Shown here piece by piece: positions 39,854 to 51,855 of a stretch of DNA of 64,000 nt. Each line of letters starts with the position of its first letter. The first letter of the stretch is position 1. The position numbers and the translations under genes are program-made. The stretch is from Cyanophora paradoxa CCMP329 (Eukaryota > Plantae > Glaucophyta). The stretch is from assembly GCA_004431415.1 (NCBI GenBank), contig QPMI01000496.1:248001-312000 (forward strand), given 5' to 3'. Below the pieces are notes generated by a model, which was given only the letters and a program-made list of their open reading frames with translations, did no database searches and was not told the DNA's origin.

Positions 39854-40601
39854 CCGCTGGAATAATGCGCTCGCGGCGCTGCGAGAGGCATGTCGTCAAA
39901 CAAAGGTCAGGATCGCGGCGGCGGGAACGCACCAGAGCACCGCGAGGCACAACAGAAGCGTGCGCGTGGTTGGTGGGTTGGTGCTGCTGCTGCGTGTTGC
40001 TGTTGCTGCTTGCTCTTATACTCGCTCGACCTAGGCAGGGTACAGCGCGAAAGTCGACGAGGCGAGTGGTCGGCGCATGAGCGAGAGCGGGCCGTCATCT
40101 GGCGGGCCGCCGTCCGGCGGGCCGTCTAAGGGCGGGCCGGGGCCGCTCCATGGCGGGACGACGCTGAGTGACATGCTGAAGGACGAGGCGAAGAAACTGG
40201 CGCACCCGGCGCGTACGCGGGAGTTCTTGCAGGGATACTCCAGGTGAGCGCTTCCTCTCGGAGCGGCGAACGCGCCGCGCGGCTCGGCGCCGCTCGGTTT
40301 CGGTCGCTCGCGTACATTTCGGCTCGTGCTGAGTGAATTGCTGATCGGCGGGCCGGCGCGCTCCGGCGCCGCGCAGGATGATGACGATTGCTTGGGGCAG
40401 CTTCGGCATTGCAGCGGCGTTGGCGTATGGAGGGAAGCTCTGGCTGGAGGCGCGGCACGAGAAGGAGCGGGAAGCCGAAGCGAAGGCGGCGGCGGCGGGA
40501 GCGGCGGCGAGGGAATGATTGGTTTGTGACTTCTGTACATTTGTACAATACTATCGATACGACTTCTCGCGGACCAGCGCGCCCGCCGGCCCGTCCGAGC
40601 G

Positions 40602-42562
40602 CTACCTCGCTTTGGACGCCACCAGCTCCGCGAGCTGGAACGCTGCGGATCCGCGGTCAGGGCGAGCAAGACCTCGAGAGCGTGCGGGGTTACCCGGAAA
40701 CACGATGTTCGGGAACTTCTGCGTGAGCTGCACGAACTCCTCTGCGGGGAATCGAACCTGAGCGGCGGGGCGGGGCGCGGGGCGCGGGGCGCGGGGCGCG
40801 TCCCCTCACCGTACTGCATTGTCCCGTCGCGGTTCGCGTCCACTTGCTCCTGCGGGGTGGACTGTCAGTCCAGGCGCGGCGGGGGCGGGGTTGGGGCTGG
40901 CGGGGTGCGCGCCATGATCCAATCGACCTTCCGCTGGATCTGCGGCGGGCCTCAGCGACGTGCGAAACGATGCGAGACGCACGGCGCGGGGCCGCGGGTG
41001 CTCGCCTGCCGCACGTTCGCGAAGTGCGACGCCTTGAGGATCTGGGCCAGCTCGTTCTGCGGGCCGAGCGGACAGCAGAGTCACGGAAGCGAGCGAAGAG
41101 AGCGAGCCCAGTCCTGTAGGCCCCCAGGCTGGCGGCGGGCCGCACCCGCGTGATGATTCCGTTTCCGTCCACGTCGAACAGCATGAAGGCGACTGGGTGG
41201 AGCCGGCGTCGGGGGGGTACGCCGCCGCGTGGCGCGGGGCGGGGGTACGCGCACGCTTGCAGACGTCCTCCTTGACCGCGTTGCTCACGTTCGCCAGGCC
41301 GACCATGAACTGGGGGGGAGGGAAGAGGGTCGACAAGGGGTACAGGGCCAGAGACAATGAGGGGGCTGCTCGCCTCCCGGACGTCAATCAGGCCAGAGCG
41401 GTCCTCGTCTGCGGGAAAGGGGGTATGGTAAGCCTCGATACCCCTCGCGTCCCCTCTCCACCCCTCCCCTCCCCCCCCCTTCCGCCCGACGACGGCTGTA
41501 CCCCGCACCGAAGAGTTGGAAGAGGTTCTCCACCAGAGGCGAACGCTGTGTACCCAGCAGCGCGCAGAACTCCGTCAAGTTCACCAACCCGCTTTGCCTG
41601 GGGTACAGTGCTCGACGCGGGAGGGGGGCGCGGGGCTACGGGGGTACCGCACCGCTTGTCGGCATGCTGGAAATTCTGGTACATGCGTTTGATGGACTCC
41701 TGGTCGAGCTGCGGGGGTACGCAGCGGTCGGTGGGGTACAGGAAGCGGAGCTGGGGTACCGGCGCACGTTGAACTGACGCTGGAACTCGGAGAGGTTCAT
41801 CTGCTTCAGGGTGGCGCTGACGTTGGCGGGCGCGTTGGGGTCCTCCAGGGCGGCCGGCTGCCCCACCGCGCCGCTGCCGCCGGCCGCCCCCGGGCCCATC
41901 CCAATCGCAGCCATGGCGCTCATTTGCTGCTGCGCCTGCTGCTGGTACATCGCCTGCTGCTGCTGCTGCTGCTGCTGGGCCATCCCGGGGCTACCCCACG
42001 CCGACGCCCCCCTGCCCGCCCCGTACGCCTGCTGCTGCGCCCCGTAGCCGCCGCCGCCGCCGCCGTCGGCGGGCCCCGGTCCGCCTCCGCCGTCGCCGGA
42101 GACGAAGCGGGTGCGCGGCTCCTGCGCGGAGAAGCGCTCCGAGGTGACCAGCTTGAAGAACTCCTCGAAGCTAATCTGCCCGTCCCCGTCCCTGTCCATC
42201 ACTGCGCCCGCCCCCGTCAGGAGCGGCCCCCGCGGATCCGCTCCTGCCGCCCACCGTTCACGAGCTCGTCGACCTGCGCGGGCGCGGGCGCAGCTAAGTC
42301 CCCGGCTGCGGGGAGAAACGCGAAGCCCTCCGGCGGCGGCGCACCTCGTCGTCCGTGACGCGCTCGCCGAGGCACTTCGTAAAGAAATGCATGATCTCTG
42401 CTGCTCCGACATACCCGTTGTGGTCTGCGTGGGCGCTCGGTTTGTTAGCGCTGCCGGCCAGGCCCAGCGAGCGCACGGACGGAAGCGAGCCCGCGGGAGC
42501 GTGTGCGCACCGAAGTCCATCGACTGGAACGCCTCCCGCACGTCCGCCTCCGTGAGGTCCAT
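40602..42562 (-). CDS. EF-hand calcium sensor: calmodulin-like N-lobe, Gln/Gly linker, calcineurin-B-like C-terminal region
   Basis: EF loops DHNGYVGAAE, DRDGDGQISFEE, DEDRSGLIDVRE, DVDGNGIITR and DANRDGTMQY; SPLVENLFQLF and AFMLFD as in calcineurin B; ends FPAFQLAELVASKAR. Confidence 0.85.
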
Positions 42563-42730
42563 ATCGCCGCCGGCTGCGATGAACTCGCCACGCGGGTCTC
42601 GCTCACTGGATGCGCCTCCGGGTCTAGCTAGTGCATCTCAAGTCGTCTGCGGCCTCGTGGAGCAGCGCTGTCAAATGCCAACTTGCCGGTTTCCGGGTAC
42701 ACGAGCAGCACCCTCATCTTTGGACGAACA

Positions 42731-44490
42731 ATGGTCGCCTGGGATCCAGCGCAGGCGGGGCTGGAGGCGCATCCCTCGCGCGTGTGCTCGCCCAATCCTC
42801 GCTGACCACTCGCCCCAGGGAGCGTCTGTTGGCATATGCGTCCAGGACTTGGCAGAGCGCGATCCAGGCTCCGTGCCGCTCTACGCCTTCAATGAGAACA
42901 CACTGCTGATGACCGCCAGCAATCTCAAGGTGCGTGACCTGGATGGCCCACTAGCGCCTCGAGTGCGGCACGCGTACGTACGCGTGCTGCCCGCGCCGCT
43001 GCGTCCGGCACGCGTGCCGAGTGTACGCACATGCGCTGTAATCGAAGCGCTAGCACAGCATGACCTGCTGGTCGAGCTCCGACCAGCCTCCGAGTCGCGC
43101 CCGCTCGTGCTGATGGCGTGCACGGCGCCTGTATGCGCAGATCCTGACCGCGATGTACGTCTTGGCGCGCCTGGACCCCGACGCACGTCCTGAGACGCGT
43201 GTCTGGCGTCTCTCGGAGGACTCCGTCTTCGTCGACGCGCCCGGCGACCCGAGCCTCTCGCTGGCGCAGCTGGCGGAAGCGCGGGCGAAGCTCGGCGGCG
43301 GCGCGACGCCCTCGAGCTCCGCCGCCGCTTACGTGCGGCAGGCCTACGCCCCGAGTGCGCTCGCTCGCTCGCTTCTTCGGCCGGTCGGTCGCCGCTGCCC
43401 ATCCCGAGTCCCTCGGAACTCCGCAGGGAGGAACGGGCTGTGGGAGCTGAGCGACCTCCAGGGCGCGTACTGCACGTCGGTGACGGCCCTCTCGCTCGAC
43501 GGCGGCGCCTTCGAGCTGCTTTCGGATCTGTCGGGCCGCGTCGAGGACCCGCCCTCGTACACGTGCGTTCGCCCAGATCTAGATTCGATCCGGACTCGAT
43601 ATCCCTCTTTGATTTCTGACGGACGTCGACGCGCGCGCAGGGGCGTGGCGATGGAGCGCGTGCCAAGGGCGCAGTCGCAGCCGCCGCCGCCGCCGCAGGT
43701 GGTCAGCTACGACCCCGTGCTCCGGAGGCTCTGCGTGGCGGACGGGTCGGCGACGGCCGCCGGCGAGCGGCGCCAGCGTGTCGCCCGCCTCCCGCTGCCC
43801 GCCCCCGACGAGGCCGCCTGCGCCGTCCTCGGCTTCCGCCTCGCCGGTACCCCCCCGCACCCCGGCGAGCCCCCGCGCCGTACCCCGGACGCGCTCCTCC
43901 GGGGGCTACCCATCCGCGAGTCGATCCGCCTCTGCCTCCACAACAGCGACAACAACTACGCCGAGCACCTATTGAACGTTCGCCCGGACCCGCGTACCCC
44001 CGTCTCTCGATTCGAACCGCGTACCCCCAGATGGCGGCGCGGGCCCACGGGGAGCGGACCCTCGAGCCGCCCCTCACGCCGGAGTCCCTTCTTCGGGATT
44101 GGGCCATCCGCGCCCTCGGCGTACCCCCCTGGACCCTTAAGGTCCGCGTGATCGACGTACCCCCTTCTTCTTTCACAGAATGCGGCTTATTAATTGCGTA
44201 CCCCAGGTCTCGGACGGCGTGGGGCTTCGGCACAGCCTCTCGACGGCATCCACTCTCTGCCGGGCGCTGGTGCTCGCCCCTCCCCTGCTCCGCGACCTCC
44301 TCCCCGGCCCCGGGGAGGGTACGCTGGCCGGCCGCCTCGCCGGCGTCGACTTCAGGCGAGGGCTTCTCCCGCTCTCGATTCTGTACCCCCCTCGACGCCC
44401 TCCCGCAGGGGCAAGACGGGTACCGTGGATGGAGTGGCGTCGCTGTCGGGGTACCTCCGAACCCGCTCCGGCCGAGACCTCGCGGTCCGC

Positions 44491-44521
<31 letters not shown>

Positions 44522-44664
44522 TCTCTTACCCCTCTCTCACCTTCCGACTAACCCGCGGGATACAGGTGAGCGTGGTCGTGAACAACGCCAACTGCGCGGG
44601 CGCAATGGCGGTCATGCGGGGGGCGATCGACCGCTTCGTCGCGGCGTGCTCCGACACGCTCTAG
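42731..44664 (+). CDS. dacB: D-alanyl-D-alanine carboxypeptidase/endopeptidase, PBP4 (peptidase S13), intron-containing
   Basis: All three PBP catalytic motifs are present: SxxK in TASNLK (~42912-42929), SxN in HNSDNNYAE (~43945) and KTG in GKTGTVDGVASLSGYL (~44413). Also GDPSL, DGVGL and GTLAGRL. Start inferred from the splice MVAWDPAQAGLEAHPSR|GASVGICVQDL. Confidence 0.88.
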
Positions 44665-45191
44665 CGGACCCGTACCCCAGGCGCCCGATCGCGCCTCGGC
44701 TCGAGAGAAGCTGAGCGACTTCTGGTTTTCCGTGCAGTTTCCGCTACCTTTTTCCTGCAGCCTGGCCCTAAAGCGGACCTTACTGAGTATGATCATTTTG
44801 GCTAAGTATCACGGCCAACGTTATTAGCTCGCGTTCTGTTTCTTTAGTTCTGCTAGCGCATTTGAATTGATCGCCTTGCTGAATCGGTTTTATTCTAACT
44901 TAATTGATGTTTTTGCACAAAGTAGCCTTTTTTAAACCCTCTCGCTGGCTAGCGCTCTTTTTCGCGGCCCTTTCCCGGCTGTTAGCGTTGGACTTTCGGC
45001 AGAATTATTCCACCTGTTGGCCGGTGACTCGGCCTTCCTTCGGTAGTACTGGCCATGATGTACAGTCGCATTCAGACGCATTCTTCACGGTCTTTGTGCG
45101 ATGTTTTGAATCACTGTTAGTGCTTCATGTCCCTTGACATAGGCGGGTCGCATTTGCACCCTATTCTTCTTCCGAAAAAAGGTCAGATCTC

Positions 45192-45396
45192 CTTGAGAGC
45201 TTGAGAGCTTGAGAGCTTGAGGGCCTCTCTCTTAACTACAGATCTCCTTGAGAGCTGGAGAGCTCGTCTTTCTTATTAAAAAAGGTCCTCTCCTCGCTCC
45301 TCTCATCACCTTTGATTTATTTCCCTCTCCCCTCGCTCCTCTCATCACCTTTAATTTATTTCCCTCTCCCCTTAATTTATTTCCCTCTCTCCCCTC
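45192..45396 (+). repeat. Short tandem repeats (CTTGAGAG x3-4; ~39-bp pyrimidine-rich unit x2 plus partial copies)
   Basis: Visible directly: cttgagag repeats at 45192-45223 and a duplicated ctcgctcctctcatcacctttratttatttccctctccc at ~45293-45396. Confidence 0.8.
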
Positions 45397-48300
45397 GAGC
45401 TGTCCAGCTCTCCCCAGCCCAAGCTCTCGCTGAAAGACGGACACTCGCGCAACCGCTATATATCGATATCAGCGCGCGGATCGGATTAATTACAATGGTC
45501 CGCCCCGTAGAGCGCCTAGGCCTGCACGTCGGCGGGGCCTCCGAGCGTGGCACGGAGGATCACCGCGTCGAGTCGTGGCTCCGCTGCATGCGCGCGCGGA
45601 GCCGGGCGCGCGAGTACGAGAGCTTGCTGGTGCGTCTTGAGCTCGCGGTGATCTCGCGCGAGAAACACCGGCGCGAAATTAAACCCGGCACTTTTCGCAG
45701 GAGGTCGACGCGGAGCAGGGCCTGCGGATCGTTGTTCCCCCGCAGCTCTCCGACGATGACGCGGCCCGATTCGTCCTTGCCCGCCTCCACCACCACTGGA
45801 AGCACCGCGGCGAGGCTCCTATCCCGTCAGTGCGCGGTTTTCGCGCTCTGGAAACAGACGTCGGGCTGATCGTGAGCCCGCGCCGTCGAGACAGCGGGAC
45901 GCGCAAAACGCGACGCTGATACACATCCCGCGCGGCGTGTCGCACGCGGAAGAGCTCCGGCGGGCGGAAGCCGCTCTGCAGGAGCGCTTCGACCCAAGCC
46001 GCGAAACCGTGCGCGCGCGAAATGAAGCCCAGTGTGCGAGAACAACCCTAACCTTCAGACTCTAATGCCCACGAACGCAGGTCATCGACAAGCCGCGCAC
46101 GCTCGTGATCGATCTGCCGCCCGGAGTCGCGGACGACGAGGCGCGGCAGATCGTCTTCGAGCGGCTGAACGAATGGCAGCGGAAGCAGAAGGACGAGATG
46201 CTCGCGGTGCGGTGCTTACGCAAGCCTTAGCTTGAGTTTAAATTAAATTTATATTTTTGTTTTGGTGAATTACCGGCCAATTAAATTTATAGATGAATTC
46301 GAAATCTGCAAATAATCTCATGCATATATATGATCCGTTTAATTTGCCGGTCGCGCAGCACCCCGGCGAGCTGGGGCCTTTCCGAGTGACGTTCGGGCGG
46401 GACGCCGACCTGCAGGAGCAGGAGGCGGCCGTCGTGGGCGAGATCCGCCGGCGCCGCCGCGAGATCCGCGACCACCGCGGGCAGTGGGGCTCCCCGCACC
46501 CCGCTCTGGTCCGAAGCTTGAGCACGTGATTGAAGTTGCAGTCTTAAGATCAAATTGCAAACCTTTCGCAGCTGCTTGATCTTCCGGGCGGCTTCCGCGT
46601 CTCAATCCCCGAAGGCGCCACCGACCAGCGGGCTCGGAACATCGCTGTCGTGCGCCCTACATTAAAAATATAAATTTAAGCTTGGCGTCGCGTGGCGCAC
46701 AGTTCAATTTGATCGCGAGGCATATATACATCGCTGACTCGCAAATTATTTGATTTCCATACCGATATCAGGCGCGGCTCTGCCAACGGAACGCCGCTCT
46801 TGCCGGGGCCGTGCGAACACGCCCCCCGCCCCGGCCCTCTTTGCTTGAAATCCCTCACTTCGCGTCCGTATTCAAAATTTCAATCTAAATAAATTAAAGG
46901 AGGCCTTGCGGAGGCGGGGCGAAGAGGTGCGAGACATTTTTTCGTCTCTCCAAGGCTTGCTCTGCTCACGTTGGAGCGCAGACGCGCCGGCGGTACGAGG
47001 AGCTGCTTCGTTCGCTCGAGGGCTCTGGATCATCATCCGTGGGCGCGGGCGCGGGCGTCGGCGCGGCCGAGCGCAAGGTGCCTGCGCCCCGCCTGCGGCT
47101 GCGCGGCTGATGGCCAGTTCGAGGCTGCAGCTGACTCGAGCAGGTGGCCCCCAATTGGAGGGGCGCCGGCTCGCGCTTCGGACCGAGGGCCCAGGCAGGC
47201 CTTGCGCAGCGGCAGGCTCCGCCCCGCCCGTCGCCCGTGCGTTCTGGAGAGCCCTGTATGAGAGTTTTATCAATAAATATGGGCCAGAGCGGCGCAGACG
47301 CTCGCTCTTTTGATTAATTCGGGCGGCGGGTTCGGATCCGCGGCCGGGAGCGAGCGGGGCTGATCACGGGCGGGGATGGGGCCGGGGGCCGGGCGCAGGC
47401 GGAGCGGGAGGAGGTGGAGGCGGAGGTGTGCAAGCGGGACGACTTCTTCCCCACCGTCGAGTGGCGCGGCGGCGTGGAGGACTCCTGACCGCCCCGCCCC
47501 GCCCCGCCCCGCCCCGCCCCGCGCGCTCCACCCGCTCAGGCCCCGCGCCCTCCGGGCCGGGCGTGGCCGAATCGGATCCGGAGGAGCTCGCAATCGAGCT
47601 CGCTCGCGGTCGCCTCGCGCGGGCTTCTGCTTCCCGATCGCGATCGCGATCACGTCACAGCGCTAGCAGCATTCCGACGTCGACGGCCACTATAAATAGC
47701 TATTTCTATTAATATTCGCCACCGAGCCCGCTCTCTAGATCTGCGATCTAGATCTAGATCTGGTACCAGTCGCCGGGTTTTTATTGCGGGAGCTCGAGCC
47801 AGCCGAGCTGAGCCCGCGCGCTTGCTGCAGCGCTAGCTGGGCTTCGGGGAGCGCGGCCTGCCGGCGCCCGGGCGGGAGTAGCTATAGGCCTAGGGCCAGC
47901 TGCAGGGCTTCTCTTTGGAGCTTAAGAGCAGGCCTAGGGCCGCGCCCGGCAGGACCGGGGAAGCCCCACGCAATTCAAATGACCATGAGTCGATATCGAT
48001 TTTTGCGGCGCTGCAGCTGGCGCCCGCAGATTTGCAAATGGCGCACAGGGGTCGGTATGCTGTACATGTAGCGCAGCCCGTCTCGCACAGCTGTACATGT
48101 AGCGCAAGCCCTAGACCACATCGCGATCGCGACCGCCGGCGCCCGCTAGCTATATAGATTCGGCGCCCGGCGCCTTGGCCACCTGCAGCTGACCGACCGC
48201 GAATTCGAACATGATCACGATCATCGGATTACAATCATGATCGCGAGTTCGGTTTCGCATGCGGGCTCGAGTGCGGTTATTCGAATTCACGCGCGAAGGG

Positions 48301-48627
48301 CTGGGACCGCGGGGGGGCGCGCGGCCGCGGCTTTTAGTGCGTGGCGGTTAAATGGTCGGTAAAATTTGGACAAAGACAATGGTCATGATCAAGCGGCCGC
48401 GTCGGCATTGGACAAATTAAATTCTAAAAGCGAAATCGAAACGTGAGTACACGCAGTCATACCTAGATCTAGCTATAGGTATATATACGTAGACATGTCT
48501 AACCGTTGAACAAAAGCGAAACGACCGTATCGGATATCGGATATCGGATATCGGATATCGATTCTTATATTATGCAGTTCGATATCGCGATCGACTCCCG
48601 CCTGGGAATTTAGCGAACACATTCGAG

Positions 48628-51050
48628 CTAGAAGTGTACGGTAGTTTCATGGGTCGCCGCATTCTCGTGGCTATAGCGCTCCTCCGCTCGAGCCCGCCTC
48701 TGGTTGGAGCCGCGCGTGCGTCCGAGCCAAACAACAGCCAGAACGACGACGACGAGGACGAAGGCCCCGCCGATGCCGGCGCAGACGCCTGCGATCAGAC
48801 CAACGTTCGTCGTCGACGAATCGGAGCCGGAGGAGCTCGTCGACGATGTCGACGAAGAAGGCGAAGTGGTACTGGCCGCGGCAGACGCGCCATATTGCAG
48901 CACCTGCGAAGCATGCATATATATACGATCATGTGTTCATCGCGTTATAATTGAAACCAAATGCTTATGGACTCACGCTCTCAAGGACCACCGGTTCAAA
49001 GGAAGGATTGGTCGCCAGAGATTCAATGCGCACGTCGTTTCCTGTTCCGGGAACGAATGCAGCAAGGTGCCGTCGCGCGGCAGACTCGGAAAAAGCTGGA
49101 ACAACTGAGAATCACGAAAGGGAAGGGTTTCAACACACGGCGGAACGAATATTTAATGGCAGTAATACGGTAAATACCGAAGCCGACTTCGGAGGTGGAG
49201 ATGACAGCTGGATGCTTTCCAAGACGCACATCCCCTTGAGGGCTGATAATCGAGACTTTAATTGGTTCGCCTGGCTGCGCAATCCATGGCCGATTTATAT
49301 TTAATTTCTAAACAGTCTCGCCTGGGAAGGCGTGAGAGAGTGAGCTCCAGGCACCTTGAGGCCCAGGCCTAGTTGCACGACGGCGTAGTTGTCAGTGGTC
49401 CCCGTAGAGGATCCGGGGGTCGACGAGGGCGAGCTTGAGCTCGAGCTGCCACCAGATATGAGCGGCACGACGAACGCTGGCACCCGAAACTTCACGCGAG
49501 TCCCCTGATCGCCCCCGGAGCCTGAGCTCGAATTCGAACCAGCGCTGGAATTCGACGCGTATCTCTTTCCCGCGATGACGACCTCCGCAATACTGATGAG
49601 CGCCGGCGGAGGCGTGGGCGTGGGTGAGGCAGAGGGGGCCGCTGGAGCCAGGCTTGGGATCGGGCTCGGGCTCGCGCTTGCTGAGAATTCGAAGCTTGGG
49701 GAGGGTGTAGGGCTGGATGAGGGGCTCGCGGATGGCGACGGGCTGGGCGTCGGGCTCGCGGATGGGGACGGTCTGGGAGTCGGATCGGTGTACACTTTGT
49801 GCACATAGATAGCGTTGCCGTCCCACTCACTGATCGACCGACGGGCCATCATCATCAAGGAAAGCATGATTCAAGATCTTCAAATCCCTGAAAGTGGGCA
49901 CCTGTAAACGACGAGGCTGGATCGATTACTAACGACGGCCAGCGGATTGTATGCAGAAAGATTTTTTTGAGTGTACGTATCGGAATTGAAGCTGCGCATG
50001 CAGCCAGAAATTGGCAAATGCATATGGCGTTTTCACTCCAACCATCAAGCGTAATTATAATTAATACTATAAGGATCATCACCGAAGCGGGGTTTGAATA
50101 GTTTCGTTTGCTTGCTCATAACCTTCCGAGTTGAAGACGCGCAGTCGTGCTTGAAAGTTATCGGCCATTACCAGGCGCCACTCTCCGAGGCTGCGGCGCA
50201 TAATAATGATGTTATGACGCGTACGATCGCGAACAACAGCGACGCAAGGGCTTTCGGTGCACGTAGTTTGCCCCACACCGAGAGCGAGGCCCCATCTGAA
50301 TTTCGCAAACCCTTCGACAGGCCAGCGCGCGCGTCCAAAGAACGAGGCTTTGTTACGAAAGTTGTTTTTAGCCGCATACAGATCGGTGGCCGCCTCAGCC
50401 GCATCAATCTGCAGCTGTTGGACGATCGAGAGCACGTTAACGTTACACCAAGCCAAATCTTGGACGAATACGATTTCGAACGAGCTGCCTTATACATGAA
50501 GCTGCCTCCATCAGTAGAAAACCAGGTCGATCCGTAGAGAACGAAGGGGTCAGCGCTGTTTGCTAGCCCGGCGTATGTCGAATCGCCTCCAATGCCAGAT
50601 GCATAAATGTCCCAGAATAAGGCGTCGCCTGTTCCTGCGGTTTCACTGGCGTCACCACGTGCACGTCTTACATGCATACGTTTCGCAATCGGGTTGCAGT
50701 AGTAGCACCATTTAGTGTTACGGAGCGAAGATGGTCACCTCCCCCTCCCTATTTGCACGTGCACGTGCACGGGTAAGGGGCTCGCAATTGGGTCAAGCCG
50801 GCCCAAGCTAACGCACTGATTGGGACCGATAATAGATCTTGTTGTCGAACGGCGAGTATACCAGCTGGAGGATGCGATAAAAACCCGAACCGCCCCAGCC
50901 AGCTGCGGTAATCATTAAGTATAGTCGACTTCGCATTCCTGTGAGCAAGCCTTCAAACATATCTAGAGCGCACTTTGAAGGATGGACTCAGAGATCAGTG
51001 AGCTGAGGTCGAGGCGAATGATTCGGCTCGCTGGGCCTGGCGTGTTGTGT
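48628..51050 (-). CDS. Type I membrane/surface protein with Ser/Pro stalk and C-terminal TM helix; multi-exon, 5' part not found in window
   Basis: Last exon VGLIAGVCAGIGGAFVLVVVVLAVVWLGR; GT-AG spliced exon VVPAFSESAARRHL...; PTPRPSPSASPTPSPSP linker. Upstream coding-like segments extend to NTPGPASRIIRLDL, which abuts 51050. Confidence 0.5.
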
Positions 51051-51223
51051 GGCCTCGGACCCAACGGAGCAACAACTGCGGTTTCCACGAAGCGGAAGCG
51101 CTGCATAGCAAATGTGACACACAGCAGTGCAGCTCGCTGCGCTCGCTGCACAGTCGTGCAATTTGCTACTACAGTAATTCAATTTCGCGTGTAAATCGTT
51201 GTTGCTCCGTTGGGTCCGAGGCC
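51051..51223. repeat. Perfect 26-bp inverted repeat (GGCCTCGGACCCAACGGAGCAACAAC) around a 121-bp spacer
   Basis: 51051-51076 is the exact reverse complement of 51198-51223. No convincing target-site duplication. Confidence 0.9.
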
Positions 51224-51495
51224 TTGTTCTACGAAGCAAATTACAATCTTAGAAGAAACAAGAAAAAGGCGTGTGATGATACTCAGAAAAACCATAGAAG
51301 ACCCATGCGGTCTGTCGAGTGTGGTATAAGGGTCTCCTTTCGCGGTTGCGGAGGGGCTCCCCATAGTTCTACTTTTTCCGCCCCATTAGCCGAGGTGGTA
51401 GGATGCTGCGCTCAGTTTTCATTTGTAACTGGATCGACTCCTGGCGGGTCCCAAAAAAAAACGCGATTTTTTCCGTCCTTATGCGGGCGACCGTT

Positions 51496-51852
51496 CCCCC
51501 GCGGGCTCAGCAAAAACAAGGTCAACGTCAGCAAAAACCAGGTCGACGTCAGCAAAAACCAGGTCGACGTCAGCAAAAACGGTCAGCAAAAACAAGGTCG
51601 ACGTCAGCAAAAACCAGGTCGACGTCAGCAAAAACGGTCAGCAAAAACGGTCAGCAAAAACCAAGCCGCAGAGCGGGGGTTGAAGGGTCTCCCTTCGCCG
51701 CAGAGCGGGGGTTGAAGGGTCTCCCTTCGCCGCAGAGCGGGGGTTGAAGGGTCTCCCTTCGCCGCAGAGCGGGGGTTGAAGGGTCTCCCTTCGCCGCAGA
51801 GCGGGGGTTGAAGGGTCTCCCTTCGTAACCGGGTTGAAGGGTCTCCCTTCGC
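51496..51852 (+). repeat. Composite repeat array copy 1: 21/13-bp GTCAGCAAAAAC(CAGGTCGAC) units, then five perfect and one degenerate 32-bp units GCCGCAGAGCGGGGGTTGAAGGGTCTCCCTTC
   Basis: 32-mers start at 51665, 51697, 51729, 51761 and 51793; a degenerate copy spans 51825-51852. 51496-51650 is identical to 58189-58343. Confidence 0.95.
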
Positions 51853-51855
51853 GCA

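Noticed and set aside
39890-40246. Small + strand gene (MSSNKGQDRGGG...)
   Set aside because: It has no recognisable motif, its frame after the putative intron is ambiguous, and it lies only 36 bp from the divergent hydrolase start.
1-48000. Hundreds of overlapping Arg/Pro/Gly/Ala-rich ORFs in the track
   Set aside because: These are expected from very high GC and stop-poor introns. Only segments with recognisable motifs or consistent splicing were accepted.
51496-51852. CRISPR-like array (32-bp hairpin-containing repeats)
   Set aside because: The units are directly adjacent with no unique spacers, and no cas-like ORFs are present.
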